Below are positions 52,160 to 64,000 of a stretch of 64,000 nt of DNA, in pieces (the first letter of the stretch is position 1; each line of letters opens with the position of its first letter). Both the position numbers and the translations under genes were made by a program. Source of the stretch: Kudoa neothunni. Its lineage: Eukaryota > Animalia > Cnidaria. The stretch is from assembly GCA_964304625.1 (NCBI GenBank), contig OZ199838.1, positions 5,654,178 through 5,718,177 on the forward strand. Direction: 5' to 3'. The notes beneath the pieces were generated by a model, which was given only the letters and a program-made list of their open reading frames with translations, was not told the DNA's origin and did no database searches.

Positions 52160-52474
52160 TTGTATAGAGACCTAACTGTATCACTTTCACATAAAAAACC
52201 TCCACCACATTTCCAGGATTAAAAACGATATTTTATGAGTTTCGTACACTGAAAAATTTGAACAAATTTTTATTATAAGAAAAAATTCTGCACAGGCACG
52301 TTTCCCACGCTCACATATTCTGACATTACAATTTGGACGCATATCACACTTTACAATAAATACAACATGCCCAGGTCAACAGAAACAGCTTTTCTACGAA
52401 ACAGATGTTAAAATAAATAATGATCTTGTTTTTGCCAGTACATCTTGTGATAAGAATAGAGAAGCATGAGTAAT

Positions 52475-53811
52475 TTAAGTTTCTCCGGTCAACCCGAAAA
52501 GCATCAAAATGTAAGTATAAAGCGTGATCAGATCAATGTATAGTGTTATAGCTCCAAGCACATAACAGTCAACGGGTAATTCATGACGTTTGCCGCCAAC
52601 GATCATTTGTGTATCGAAAACAATGTACTAGATTGGAGCAACCAGTTTATTAAGGATGATCAATAAAAATTCAATTACCAGGCAGCATACTAAGGATCCA
52701 ATTGCCGCATAGATAATAAAGACAACTCTGTCCCTGAAAAAGATTGCTAGTATACCGAAAAAAAGTAGACACAACGAGACAACCATCAAATACGGTGCCC
52801 AACCGGTGAAATCATACTAAATCAAATTAATTCATTTGGTAGTTGAAATAAAACGATACTTTGGTTTGAGATGCAAACGCTATCAAAGCTACTACAATAA
52901 TCTAAAACGTTGTGTCATTTCACCTAATGACTCTTTCAAACAAATATAAACTCACAAATGTAACAGCGACAGCATATATCACGTATTTAGCATCATACAA
53001 CCTAAAATATAATCATCGATACTGAAAATAATACAGAAATGATATACGATGAGACATAGGCAACTAATATTGAATAACCCAAAGTCTATAGTTAAAAAAT
53101 CACAAAGTTAGTTGTGGGTTTTAAGGTTTGAATTATAAATAATAATATAATCATACAAATATGAATAATAGTATCATGTTGGTGGGGAATTTTTTACTAA
53201 ACCAATATAACAACCTAATAGATAGCCAAATAAACTGATATGTTACGTGACTTGTGGGAAACATGTAAAGACTAGTAGAATTGGAAATGTGACAATTCTA
53301 AATAAAAAATTTATTACGATTTATGAACAAATATATAAAGAATATTCTAGTGATCAATTATGAACCGGATTGAATCGTGAAAAATTAAATGTTGTAATAT
53401 TATTCGATTCTACGTACAGAGACACGTAAAGCAACCATGGGTTGGAACGGGCGTAAGTCTTTACACTCTCACTATCGAGGATATAAATGTGACGACTATT
53501 TTACAAAATACCATAACACAAACAGACACACAAATCCAGCTGTGATAGCAAGTTGAATGGCAACCAACCCAAAAACCTAATATCATAATCGTATTTAAAC
53601 AATATAGTTCTCTGATAACAGAGATCGTTTTAGTCCACATAATTGAGAAAATATATACCTTCCTTACAAATCCTATCAAAACATTTATTTTTATTACAAT
53701 CTATTAATACGACCAAATACTGTGTCGTATTTTGATATCGGTATCTTTTGTTAAAATATCTGTTCCATCAACATCAACGTAAGAGTTGAAATTTTGAAAA
53801 TTATCATCCAT
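52475..53811 (-). CDS. Lifeguard/TMBIM paralog 3 (appears intact; start may be a spliced ATG at 53863)
   Basis: DTDIKIRH|RFVRK|VFGLVAIQL, YDFTGWAPY...FFRDRVVFIIYAAIGSLV, YIVFDTQMIVGGKRHELPVDCYVLGAITLYIDLITL. The introns I traced are GT-AG and at the same positions as in paralog 1. Confidence 0.9.
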
Positions 53812-54740
53812 AACGCTGCAAGAATTTACCTATAATGTGTAATCCGTAAATTTAATCGACCATATCCGACTAATGATATCGGATAGTGGTGGTTTCCCGT
53901 GGTGATTTTTGTTATCTCAACGAATTAAATTATTAAAAATATAAATGTATTCCATTTATAACTGTTGCAATCATTTAAAGCTAAAAATATTGGCCTTATG
54001 AGTTTAAGATGATTACACAATTTTGATCGTATCGACAATGGATTATAGGGAGTGTTATTCACAGAGATGCGTCTTTTTGATTGATACAATAACATTAGGA
54101 TACGTTTTAAATCAATTTGGAAATTTGTTTACGTTATCGCTGCATTTGTATTCAATCTAAAACGCTACGTGTAGCCAAACCTGAACCCTTGCATATGATT
54201 TTCGAAAATTAATGCGATAATTTTTTTTGTGCTATTATAAAGCTCATTCCAAATAGACATTGTTTTTAGAGGTACATAATATTTGTGTCAGTGATTCCAC
54301 AAATTTTTAATCAAACGACCCATTTTTGACCTTTGTAAGTCACCAGGAAACAGAAAATGTAAAAAATAGTTATAGAGCATATTATTAAAGAAATTTTTCA
54401 ATTATGATATGTAAACAAGTATAAGACTAATTTTAAATAGTTTGGTGTTCATCCCTGGCCACAAAATAGCTAATCGACGACTGAATGATATCATGATCAA
54501 ACATATAGTTAGGTAGGAAGCTTCATAAACCTACAATCGATCTGTTATTGTTAGTGATACAGATTGTCTAAATTGTATCGAATTGAAACTCCACCAGAAG
54601 GTTGCACTATAATTATTTCATAGTTATAGTATACAGATAACACCCATCGAATGAAATAGCCATAGAAACTTTGGTCTTGTTTCTAAGAATCCACTTCAAT
54701 TAATCCTCAACCCTCCAAACAAGACAAAGTTGCTTATAAA

Positions 54741-55081
54741 TAGGGATCGTAATTTCCGATTAAAATCGATGTTATTTGTCGAATTTTAAAAAAAAATTGG
54801 ACGTTTATTTTCCAGGAGAATGCGAAATCTCCCGAATAACCTAAAAGAAGTAGTAATTGGAGAGAAATTGATATTTTTTGTTGAATGGATCTATATAGGG
54901 ATAGCAAAAATGGCAAAATTGTGAAATGATAGTTTCTGTTATTGTTCTCAACGTTCTTCTACTATCGTTATTTTATAACAAACTTTTCTGCGAAAAACTT
55001 GCCCCAACTCGTTTCAATGTTCCGGTCGCGCGCATGCGCGCGACCGGTCAACAAAAATAAACTAGGAAACTACCATCCCTA
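54741..55081. mobile_element. 341-bp hAT-type MITE with TAGGG termini
   Basis: TIR TAGGGATCGTAATTTCC / GGAAACTACCATCCCTA. The left end resembles the terminus of the 55888-57746 element (..CGATTAAAATC..GTCGA..). TSD poorly conserved. Confidence 0.7.
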
Positions 55082-55887
55082 CTATACACCGCGTTGTTTT
55101 TATGGCCCAATAAAGTCTATTTTTTTATTTAAATCATATTTTTCAAAAATTGTACATTAAAAAATTCTATCGAGTAAATATGGAAAAAATCTAAAGGTAT
55201 TGCGTCAGATATGTCTGTTAATTGCGTACGATTCGCCGAATTGTGTTTTTCCGAGCATAAGCTGAGATTAAGTTAGTTTAAGTACTCTTAATAATAAAAT
55301 AAAATATTCTATATATCGTTTTGATATATTTTATTCTCAATGTTCAAGTAAAATTTTAATGAACGAAAGAAAAAATTCTGTTTCCATGGAGCTCTATTTG
55401 AATATTCTTTCAAAAATATTTTCAACTTGTTTTAAGGATTTTAATCTAGTTAAAATCAAATTTAAAGTAATTCTAGCGAATTATAACTAAGGTTGATAAT
55501 TTTTGACGTTTGTTTTTTCCAAATCGACAGTTTTTATCGACTGAAATAACAAAAATTCATAATTTACAAAAAACTAGACTGTAGAACTTTAATTTTAGTT
55601 TTAACTGACCATTAAATCATGCATTTAGAACATTGTTAGGCGCCCATCACAAAGATTGATCCTTTCTTTTCCAAACATATCTCGCAATCTTGAGAAACTC
55701 CTTTCAGCATCAATGGAGGAAGCTTGTAACATCGATGTCAATATATCTTGACAAAGTCTCGAAAGGGTGGGACGAGCTTTCCGTACTTTACTTCAGGAAT
55801 CAATATTTGAGGGTCGAGTTGAATATTTTATCATTTTTCATAAATCTGCGTTTTTACCTATCAAAGCTCTAAATTCTAGATTATAAG

Positions 55888-57746
55888 TAGGGTTTGCAAT
55901 TTTCGACGTTTATTTTAAGAATAAAAAAGACAATTTTTATCGGAGACTAAAAAACAAAGTTTTATAGAATACAAATAATTATTTTGAGTAACTACTAGTT
56001 AAAATAGAGATGGACCGTTAAAATGAAGCATCGAAACCATTGAAGCGCGTTTATTTGAGAGTTTCATTCGTTTTTTTCGAATTATATAATTTAATTTCGA
56101 AAAGCTTCGTTCTACAGCGATAGATGAAATGGGTAATGCCAACAAATTCAACGTAAGTTCTGACAGCAATGGGCAAATATTGGATCTTTCCTTCCAAAAG
56201 TCTGTAGTGATAGAAGGATGATTTGGATCCATAATTGCCTTATAAAGGAAATTATATTCATCTTTAAGGATAACTTTGTCTTTAGCACCTATTGAATAAC
56301 AAAGATCATCAATATGTATATTTTCAATCGATAATGGCGTTGCTGGATCAATGCTTTTGATTGTTTTAAAGAAAGTGGCTGATGGAAAACAATCATTAAT
56401 ACTATTTGATATAAAATCATGGATTTTCTCGATGATGCTCCCGCGAAAAGATTCAATTTTATTGATAAGATTTGTTCTAATTTCAAATGGAAGAAGTCCA
56501 AGATTATCTTTGTGATCATTCAGAAAATTTTTCTTCATTTCAAAATCATTAAATCCAGTCGAACATATTTGAAAAACAAAAATTATCGTTAGTTTCAATA
56601 CGTTTCGAAATTTCAACCAACGGCGTAAGTTCATCAATTAACATAGTGACAGAGTGAAATAAGACATTGATATTCTCAGAATTAATTAGTAGAATTTCAT
56701 TTAGAAAATCGACAACAGCTAGATAATATTCTTTTATTTGCTTTAAGCAATTGTAAAAACTATACCAACGGACATCCATGACACGAGGAATTTCTTTGAC
56801 GTTTTCCAAATCGTTGTTCTTGAGATGAACCAGAAATGTTCTCTTTGCATTTCTATTCTTGGGCAGAATAGTTGAAAACTTCAGGCAGAATTTTTTAATA
56901 TCTAAGAAAAATTCGTCAGTAGCTTTTCGGACAGCAAGGTGGATAATATGAGAAAAGCATGGAATTCGAATAATATGTGGATACATTGCTTTCAAATCAT
57001 TGATGAATTTTTTCATGTATGACGCTGAATCCGAAATAATAGCGCAACAGTTATCCCATACCAAGTCGTGACGTTTCAGCACGTTTGATAATTGATTAGC
57101 AACAATAACAGAATTGCAACTTAAAATTCTGGATGAATCTAACATAAATATCATTCTTTTATTTGAATGGTGATCGTAATAACAAGCCAACGTGTTGAAA
57201 ACAGATCTATCATCAAAGTCAGGCGATTCGTCAATTATCAAACGGAAGCGAACATCTACCATTGCTAGTTTAATTGCGTCTATACTCCTCAAAAATCTCG
57301 GGGAAATATGTTTATCGATAAGAACTCTTCCATCGGGCAATGATTGTGAATCTGGACAATAATTAAAAAGAAAATTCCTCAATGAACTATCTTTATTGAT
57401 AGCTTGGAATGAAAGACCATCAAATAATACAATCTTTACTAGGTCCATTTCAATTTCGCTTGTGTTGGATCTATCACGATGCAAAATATCTTTGATGGGG
57501 ATAGCGTTTTTCACATTAGTCTTCATAGTTGCGTGTTTTTGAGATCCAACATGTTCTTGATTTCTGTTTTGTTTAAGGGGTATAATTAGCCTGCAATATT
57601 TGCATGACAACGAGTCTCCCGCAACTTCCAAGTCGCTCTATTCAATTAAACAAAATCGGCTTTTTTCGATCGAAAAAAAAAATAAAAACTAGCACGTTTT
57701 TTCAAAATCGACGGAAATTGATTTTAATCGAAACTTACAAACCCTA
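55888..57746 (-). mobile_element. hAT transposon with a CGGBP1-like transposase (one frameshift)
   Basis: TIR TAGGGTTTGCAATTTTCGA / TCGAAACTTACAAACCCTA; 8-bp TSD ATTATAAG / ATTATAAT. ORFs 56549-57631 (CKYC..H..KH zinc finger, IIDESPD, ISDSASYM, CFSHIIH, VRWYS) and 55999-56637 (LPISSIAVERSFS). Confidence 0.92.
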
Positions 57747-60391
57747 ATTATAATGTCAATTTACCCATTAATATATTTGATATGGCGCCATTTTAACAAT
57801 GTAATTTATTTTTACACGTAATCACAACACATTACATTTAGATTTTTGTCAAAATATAATTTGTCATAGTTTTAAAATATTTATATATACAATTGAAAAG
57901 CAAAGTTTATTTTAATATAATTATACATTGATTAATGTTGTGTATTATCTAATAAAATTATTGTTGTCATTATTTATAATTATATAATACATCTACTTAA
58001 AGTGAAAAAAATGTATACACTAAAACATCATTTGTTGTATCTCTTTTTAAAAGATCCAGCTTTAAATATATGAAGATATGGAATAGAATTGAAATTGTAA
58101 AGTTGGCATCAACTTGGTGCGCATGCACGAAAAAATTGATCGATGTAAGCGTATTGATTATATTAAATCGTCGTTTATAAATTCGATACAAAATAAATTT
58201 CCAATGAATTTTAAAGATAGAATGAAATTGAACATGTTTATATACTGACGAATGGGATTTTTGTTTAATTCTCATTATTTCCTGTCATTTGATGATATTA
58301 GTTGATAAAAAAATTTCTCGACCATTTATAATTTTAAATAATTATAATTAGGCATTTATATACGTATATTATCTTAAGACCGTAAAAAAATGACTTGAAA
58401 GGTTAACATAATTGCAAAGAATCGTAATGTATTCTAGCACCCCTTACTTCAAATCGGAAGTGGTCTCATAAATTTGTTACTCTACTCACGCTAAGTAGGT
58501 TATATTTTCAAGTGAAATCTTTTATCCCAAAATTAAGCAAGTTTTGGTTTCACTAATAAAAAATCCACTTTGATTTATTCAATATTTTTAGAGAATTGAT
58601 TACTATTAAAGAACTGAGAGTACTATTGTTTTATTTCTTATGAATCATACATAACAGTCATTGTTTTGCAACGAATAATTTATTAGAATACCTGAGGGAT
58701 TATAATAAGTGGTAATTAAATTCCATTAATTTATCTTATTAGAATCTCCAAGATGGTAATAAATAAAATCTTTATATATTATAAATTACATTTATCTCTA
58801 AATAGATTTCTTGTTGAGTTTTACTCATAATATTATAGAATTGGCTGAAACAATCTTAACAATATTAAAACTTCAAAGTGTTATTTAATATAACAAATAC
58901 ATTTTCCGTTTTTCAAATAACTAGTTAAAAATTATCTGTTTGTGTTTAAAATTCGTAATGTGACCAAATAGTTCCGACAAAGAAACACTGAAAGTCTCTA
59001 GAGAAAAAATTTAAGGGATTTTTTTAATCAGAAATAACAATATCACCACAACCTATATTGAAAATACGTATTATTTATCAACTTATTTAAACATGTATCA
59101 TTTTTAACATAAATTGTATCGTAAAATTGATTGAATCGCACTTCGTTTAATAGTGGGCGTGCGACTTGATAGTTGGATAAAAATAAGGGCGAGCTACCAA
59201 CATGTCGTTATCCTTCTACAGTTAAAGTCGTGACTATTTGTCATCCCCAATTATCCCGTTTACGCAGGCGTAATCCCATATTAACATTCCCGCAACAACA
59301 CTTATTTTCGTATGCCGAAGCTAATTAGTTGTATAGGATATGTGTGTGTTTAACTTTTTACATAAAAGTTTTTCGAATTGACAGGAATAATTATTTGTAG
59401 TCACAACGTGCGCTTTTCGGATTTGAATTGCACTAGGTGATAGACTATTCTTTTTGGATTTTTCTAACATTTCACACACGAGTTAGATTGAGAATGACAA
59501 AACATTTTGACAGTAACATAATTAACATTTAAGGCTATAATGAGGTTTAGCGTGTATTGAGTATATATCTGTTGATTCAAACATATTAAGCTGCGAAAGT
59601 TGTTATGATTGATCAAATACCACCACGACAGATGTGTAAAACTAGTAATTTAGTTCATTAAAAATTATTGAAGTTTACACGTTAAATCAAATCATAAAAA
59701 AAATTGGGATTTCTTATCTATAGCCAGAAAAGATGTAAACAAATTGGACTAATAAAAACAAGTTTAACTAATAATATTTATTAAGAATGAAATTGTTTCC
59801 AATATATCTTAATAATATTAGCTTGAATCGAAGATTTATGAAATCTAGAATGTTGCTCTCTTAAATAATCATCTAAAACAGGTTAAAAATACTACAAAAA
59901 ATGAGTAGAATTTGGTGGTAAATTCAGCATGTATAAAACGATAATATTTTTAAACGATTGAAATAATTTACTGCGTATTTGGTCCAACCTTTAATATTTA
60001 ATGTATTTGCTTATTTATTTATGTTATCGATTGCGGATCACGTGAACAAATAAGTAGCAAATTGTTGAAAGTTAAGCCGCAAACGACTGCTAGTTTTTGG
60101 TATGGTGGTTGGCCGAAGTAAACTGTTCATATTAATAGTTGGAATAGCCTAGCAACAGTAAACCAAAGTTGAAACACTACAAATATCGATTGTATGAGTT
60201 CCACTGCCGAGGATTTGGGAAGGGGGGCAACATTAACCTCTAACCAAGTATCAAATTTTTTGATTATTTCAACCTAATTCGGTTTGATCCGCCTACGATT
60301 CACCGGCTTTTGTTATTTATATTATATATGTTACATTTCTAAAAATAATTTGCCGAGATAATTAACTATTATCATCTTGTGATAGACTAAA

Positions 60392-61590
60392 ATGAGTAGC
60401 ATTTGTAATTTAAAGAGGTTGACGAATGATAATCGAGAAAAACCAACGAAAAATCCGCCTGAAAATCAGATACTCGCTCCCAACAGATTTTTCTTCACCG
60501 ATGTGCATTGCTGGCTGAATTATGATAAAAACGTTATATTTTCAGAGCATGAAACCAGCCCCATCTCTAAATATAATTCGTAATTTTTAACAGCTGATAG
60601 GTTGATTGTTGATTTTTTCGCTCGTAAGAAAATGTTCTTCGGAAACTTGTTTGTACACTCCAAAATATCACCATAAAGGTATGTACATATGTTGAAGTTA
60701 TTAGTGAATATTATTTTAAAATACGAAAACCTTCATCTTGAAATTATTTTGTTGACAATTGTTCTTATGTAGACAGGAAACGGTTTGATAAGACCGTCGA
60801 AGCGGTTGAACGCAAGATAAGGTTGATCAACTACGTCAGTTTATGTACAGCTAACGTAGACAATTCTCCTTTGTAGAATGTATTTGAACCGTGGAACTGT
60901 AAAGAGATCGTCTAATAAAACAGTCGCAACCGATCACTCAACCATTCAGTCCAATGTGGGAAATAAGGTAAAATTTCTAATCGTTGTGATTATTATTTGG
61001 TTGATTGTGTTTGTGCACGACAATAGGCATATAGAAAAAAATCCAAAGTTCACTTTTCCACAAAGTACATATGTGTTGGTTGGTAGGCGTGAAAAAATGT
61101 AATGGTCTTTTTAAGATTTACCACTATGGATGCCAATGAAAAAAATAACCTTTGCTATACTGATGACTGTCGTTCAATTGCAAACCTTGCTTTTAAGTCT
61201 AATATATTCTCTATTCCGACCCATTCTTCCCCTTGGTCTTTTCTGTGCAAAAAGTATCCGATATGTTCGGCCCGTTTTATAAAATCCCTTAAAAAATTCA
61301 CATTTCTGGCCGACCAATGTTACAATCACACCACAACTGATCCTACCGAAAGATTTTTTATTCAACAAGTATCCATTTATGATCGGATTGTGTTGCATAT
61401 ATTTGACGCGATGTTTTATTGATAGCTTAATTTGGTAGCTGTCAATGCGTTACGTCTGACAACAAGTAATAGTGGTGACAACTTGGAGGCGAGGCCTACC
61501 ATCTGCATGGACACACTTGACAATTTTGTGAATGATATCCGTCAAATCTACTTGGTATGTGATTCCTATTGTTAGGTTGTTGGAGGGTGA
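60392..61590 (+). CDS. Multi-exon gene of unknown function (about 8 exons)
   Basis: Phase-consistent GT-AG chain: MSSICNLK..KYNS|KCSSETCLYTPKYHHK|DRKRFDKTVEAVERKIR|MYLNRG..VGNK|AYRKKSKVHFSTK|FTTMDANE..FIQQ|LNLVAVNALR..QIYL|VVGG*. Last exon uncertain. Confidence 0.6.
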
Positions 61591-61695
61591 CTACCGATTC
61601 GTAATCCGGCTAGGCTTTGATGGATTAACAGTTTAACACAGCTTTCCCGCTGTTTCGTCGCTGCGTACGCATTCACAGGATCTTTTAAATTTTAA

Positions 61696-63144
61696 GATGG
61701 TCACTATTTGCACTCCCTCGGTGGATACGCGGAGAATTAAAGCATTATGTCCATACGTGCTTTTTCTTGTATATTAGTTGTTTCAGAAAAACACTAATAG
61801 CTAAAAACGATAAATAATATTGTTTCTACCTTTTAATAACCAACACGATTTTTAATTGTTTTAGTCTTCCTTTTACTTTAATCTTTAATGGAACGAAAAT
61901 TGACATTATACAAGTTGGATTTTTTTATTTGGTTGATTGATGGAAAATGTGGTTTTATTTTCGTATTGATCTTTTAAGTTTGTTAGACTCTTGTAAAATT
62001 TGTTGTATTGACTACCGCCAAGTGTATTTAATTGATCCAATATTTCAGAACATAATTGTTTTTTGTTTTTAAACGTTGATTTTAATGTATATTTGTTGTT
62101 GAAATATCGTCCTCTGTTATATTGCACACATCATTATTGCCGAGAAATACATCATTGTTTTTATAAAACTACCTTCCAATGTGTATAGAATCAAAAGCCG
62201 AGAATGAAGATTTTATCGTTGCGATTAAATGTTTGAATGGGAGGGAGTATTGTTGGAAAAATGTACAATCAAACTTTTATATATTATCTTAAAACGTAAC
62301 CATTGCTGAACAAGATATAATGTGAAAAAAGAACATGTTCTTTAAATTCCAAATTGATAATAATTTCAGATTTTAAGTATCTAATTTGATTTTATCAGCG
62401 GAAAAACTGGACAAACGATTTATTATTGCCAAAATATCATCAACATCATCGATTTTGTTCTTTATAAGAATTAGATCATTTTTTTATAAATCATCACCAT
62501 GGATAGTCTTACAGTAATTGAATATTGAGTTGACTTAATGAATTAACGATGATTTTGATATAAATTTTTTACCCTGTCATGCTCTTGTTCTATCCTGTTA
62601 TTTTTATTTGAACTCAATGTCAGAGCATCGAGACGATGAAAATGAGCCCAAATATTTTGAATATTGATACAGTTTTTTTCCAAATATTAAAAATACATTG
62701 GATTGGTTGAATATATTTCATTCGAAATGAAGTAAAATGATTCGCACTTTTAGAATATATTTAAATTTTCGATAGTTTTTTATTAGATTTTTTAAACTAT
62801 CAGATGAACAGAATCGTTTGTTGAATAAATCGTGGACTTCTGAATTAATAAACCGCATAAATATATATTCACATAAGTTTTTCGTGCAATTAATATTTAA
62901 CTATTTTTTTATTTTTAATACATGAAAGTTGACATAAAATTGTTTTATGGAGTAAATGCGAGTGTAATTTTTACGACAGGTAATAATTGACGTACGGTTT
63001 TAAAGGTCAACGTAAAAAATATTATTTGGCGTTTGCAGCTATTATTATTAATTTGAAATGACCAGCATAAGAGTAAAAGCATATATGGACGTAATGCTTT
63101 AATCCTCCGTGCATGCACCGATGGAATGCAAATAGACAATATCC
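61696..63144 (-). mobile_element. Decayed MULE with ~75-bp TIRs and a SWIM zinc-finger relic
   Basis: 61696-61770 (CTATTTGCACTCCCTCGGTGGATACGCGGAGAATTAAAGCATTATGTCCATAC) is an inverted copy of 63070-63144. Internal minus-strand DCTFFQQYSLPFKHLIA is a degenerate SWIM motif. Confidence 0.75.
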
Positions 63145-63152
63145 TTTTAAAA

Positions 63153-63406
63153 TGGTGTTTCTTAAGCTGGGCTCGTTGGTCCCCAAGGGTCCACGCGCTA
63201 ATTTTAGGGGATCCGTAAGAACTTTTTTAATCTATAAAATTAGTCTTTCGTAAATTCCTAAATATAATAAAAGCCGACTTTAAAAACATAATTCTGGAAT
63301 AATAATATCAGACATATAAATGTGCATGGTTAATAAAATTATAAGTGCGTGTTCATTTAGCATAATTAGTCGAGGATCCGTGAACCAAAAAGGTTGAGAA
63401 ACAATG
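63153..63406. mobile_element. hAT-Charlie (MER5A-like) MITE
   Basis: TGGTGTTTCTTAAGC ... GGTTGAGAAACAATG termini with internal GGATCCGT motifs. Confidence 0.65.
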
Positions 63407-64000
63407 GTTTAATGTTGTACTTCTGTTTCAATACACATGCACAAATGGTACATCGTTATTATAATTATTATAGTTATTGGGCGGGTTTAAAACAGGGATG
63501 CACAAACTCTGGCCATCAATGAGCATTTTTGTGGTCCGCGATGAAGCCTAATTAAGTTCATATTAATGGTATACATTTAAATGAAATTAAGAAAGCATTC
63601 CATTATTTAATTTCAATTGGTTTATCTAGTTATTGAATGTATCGAGAACACCTAATGAAGCTACTAATAAAATTTATTTGGATTTTTTATTATATGAGAA
63701 CTATTAAGAATAAACCATCAAAAAAAGTCTCCAAATAGGAAAATAGATTTATTACTATTAGCCACTTCACCATGTGATATGGTAAAAACGTTTTTTAAAC
63801 CAAGCTCATGTATCAATTTTAATTAATTCTTCTTGAATGTGTATGGAGGAGAAGACAATCATACAGGCACTGGGCGGATTTATGGTTTAAAAATTCGCTT
63901 GACAATGCTGACCCGGAGTTTAAATTCAGTTAAAATAAGGTTAATAATTAAAGCACGTTTTATCAACGACGCAAAATAATAAGATATTATATTGTGCTTG

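Noticed and set aside
62945-63139. ORF 'MSICIPSVHARRIKALRPY' as a duplicated gene exon
   Set aside because: Its similarity to 61.7 kb is explained by the two TIRs of one MULE

Overview
AT-rich eukaryotic (animal-type) genomic DNA. Genes are compact and broken by very short GT-AG introns (mostly ~35-110 nt), and they sit in a dense matrix of transposon debris. This style fits a reduced metazoan such as a myxozoan, but the organism cannot be fixed from sequence alone. Host genes: a chondroitin sulfate synthase (CHSY1-like), a K50 paired-class Otx-like homeobox gene, three co-oriented Lifeguard/TMBIM (Bax-inhibitor-1 superfamily) paralogs ~9 kb apart (the middle one damaged), a Thr-rich mucin-like/TM terminal exon and two unassigned multi-exon genes. 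Mobile DNA: hAT, piggyBac, MULE, pogo/Tigger and Merlin relics and MITEs, plus a tRNA-derived SINE. The most striking element is an intact 3,911-bp Ty3/Gypsy retrotransposon with identical 117-bp LTRs. Its single 1,251-aa gag-pol ORF starts inside the 5' LTR and stops inside the 3' LTR, leaving only 38 LTR nucleotides that are never coding. A divergent, decayed relative 30 kb away keeps an ATG at the same 42-nt distance from the LTR end, which suggests a lineage built on a coding-LTR architecture. All exon boundaries and alignments were read by eye.
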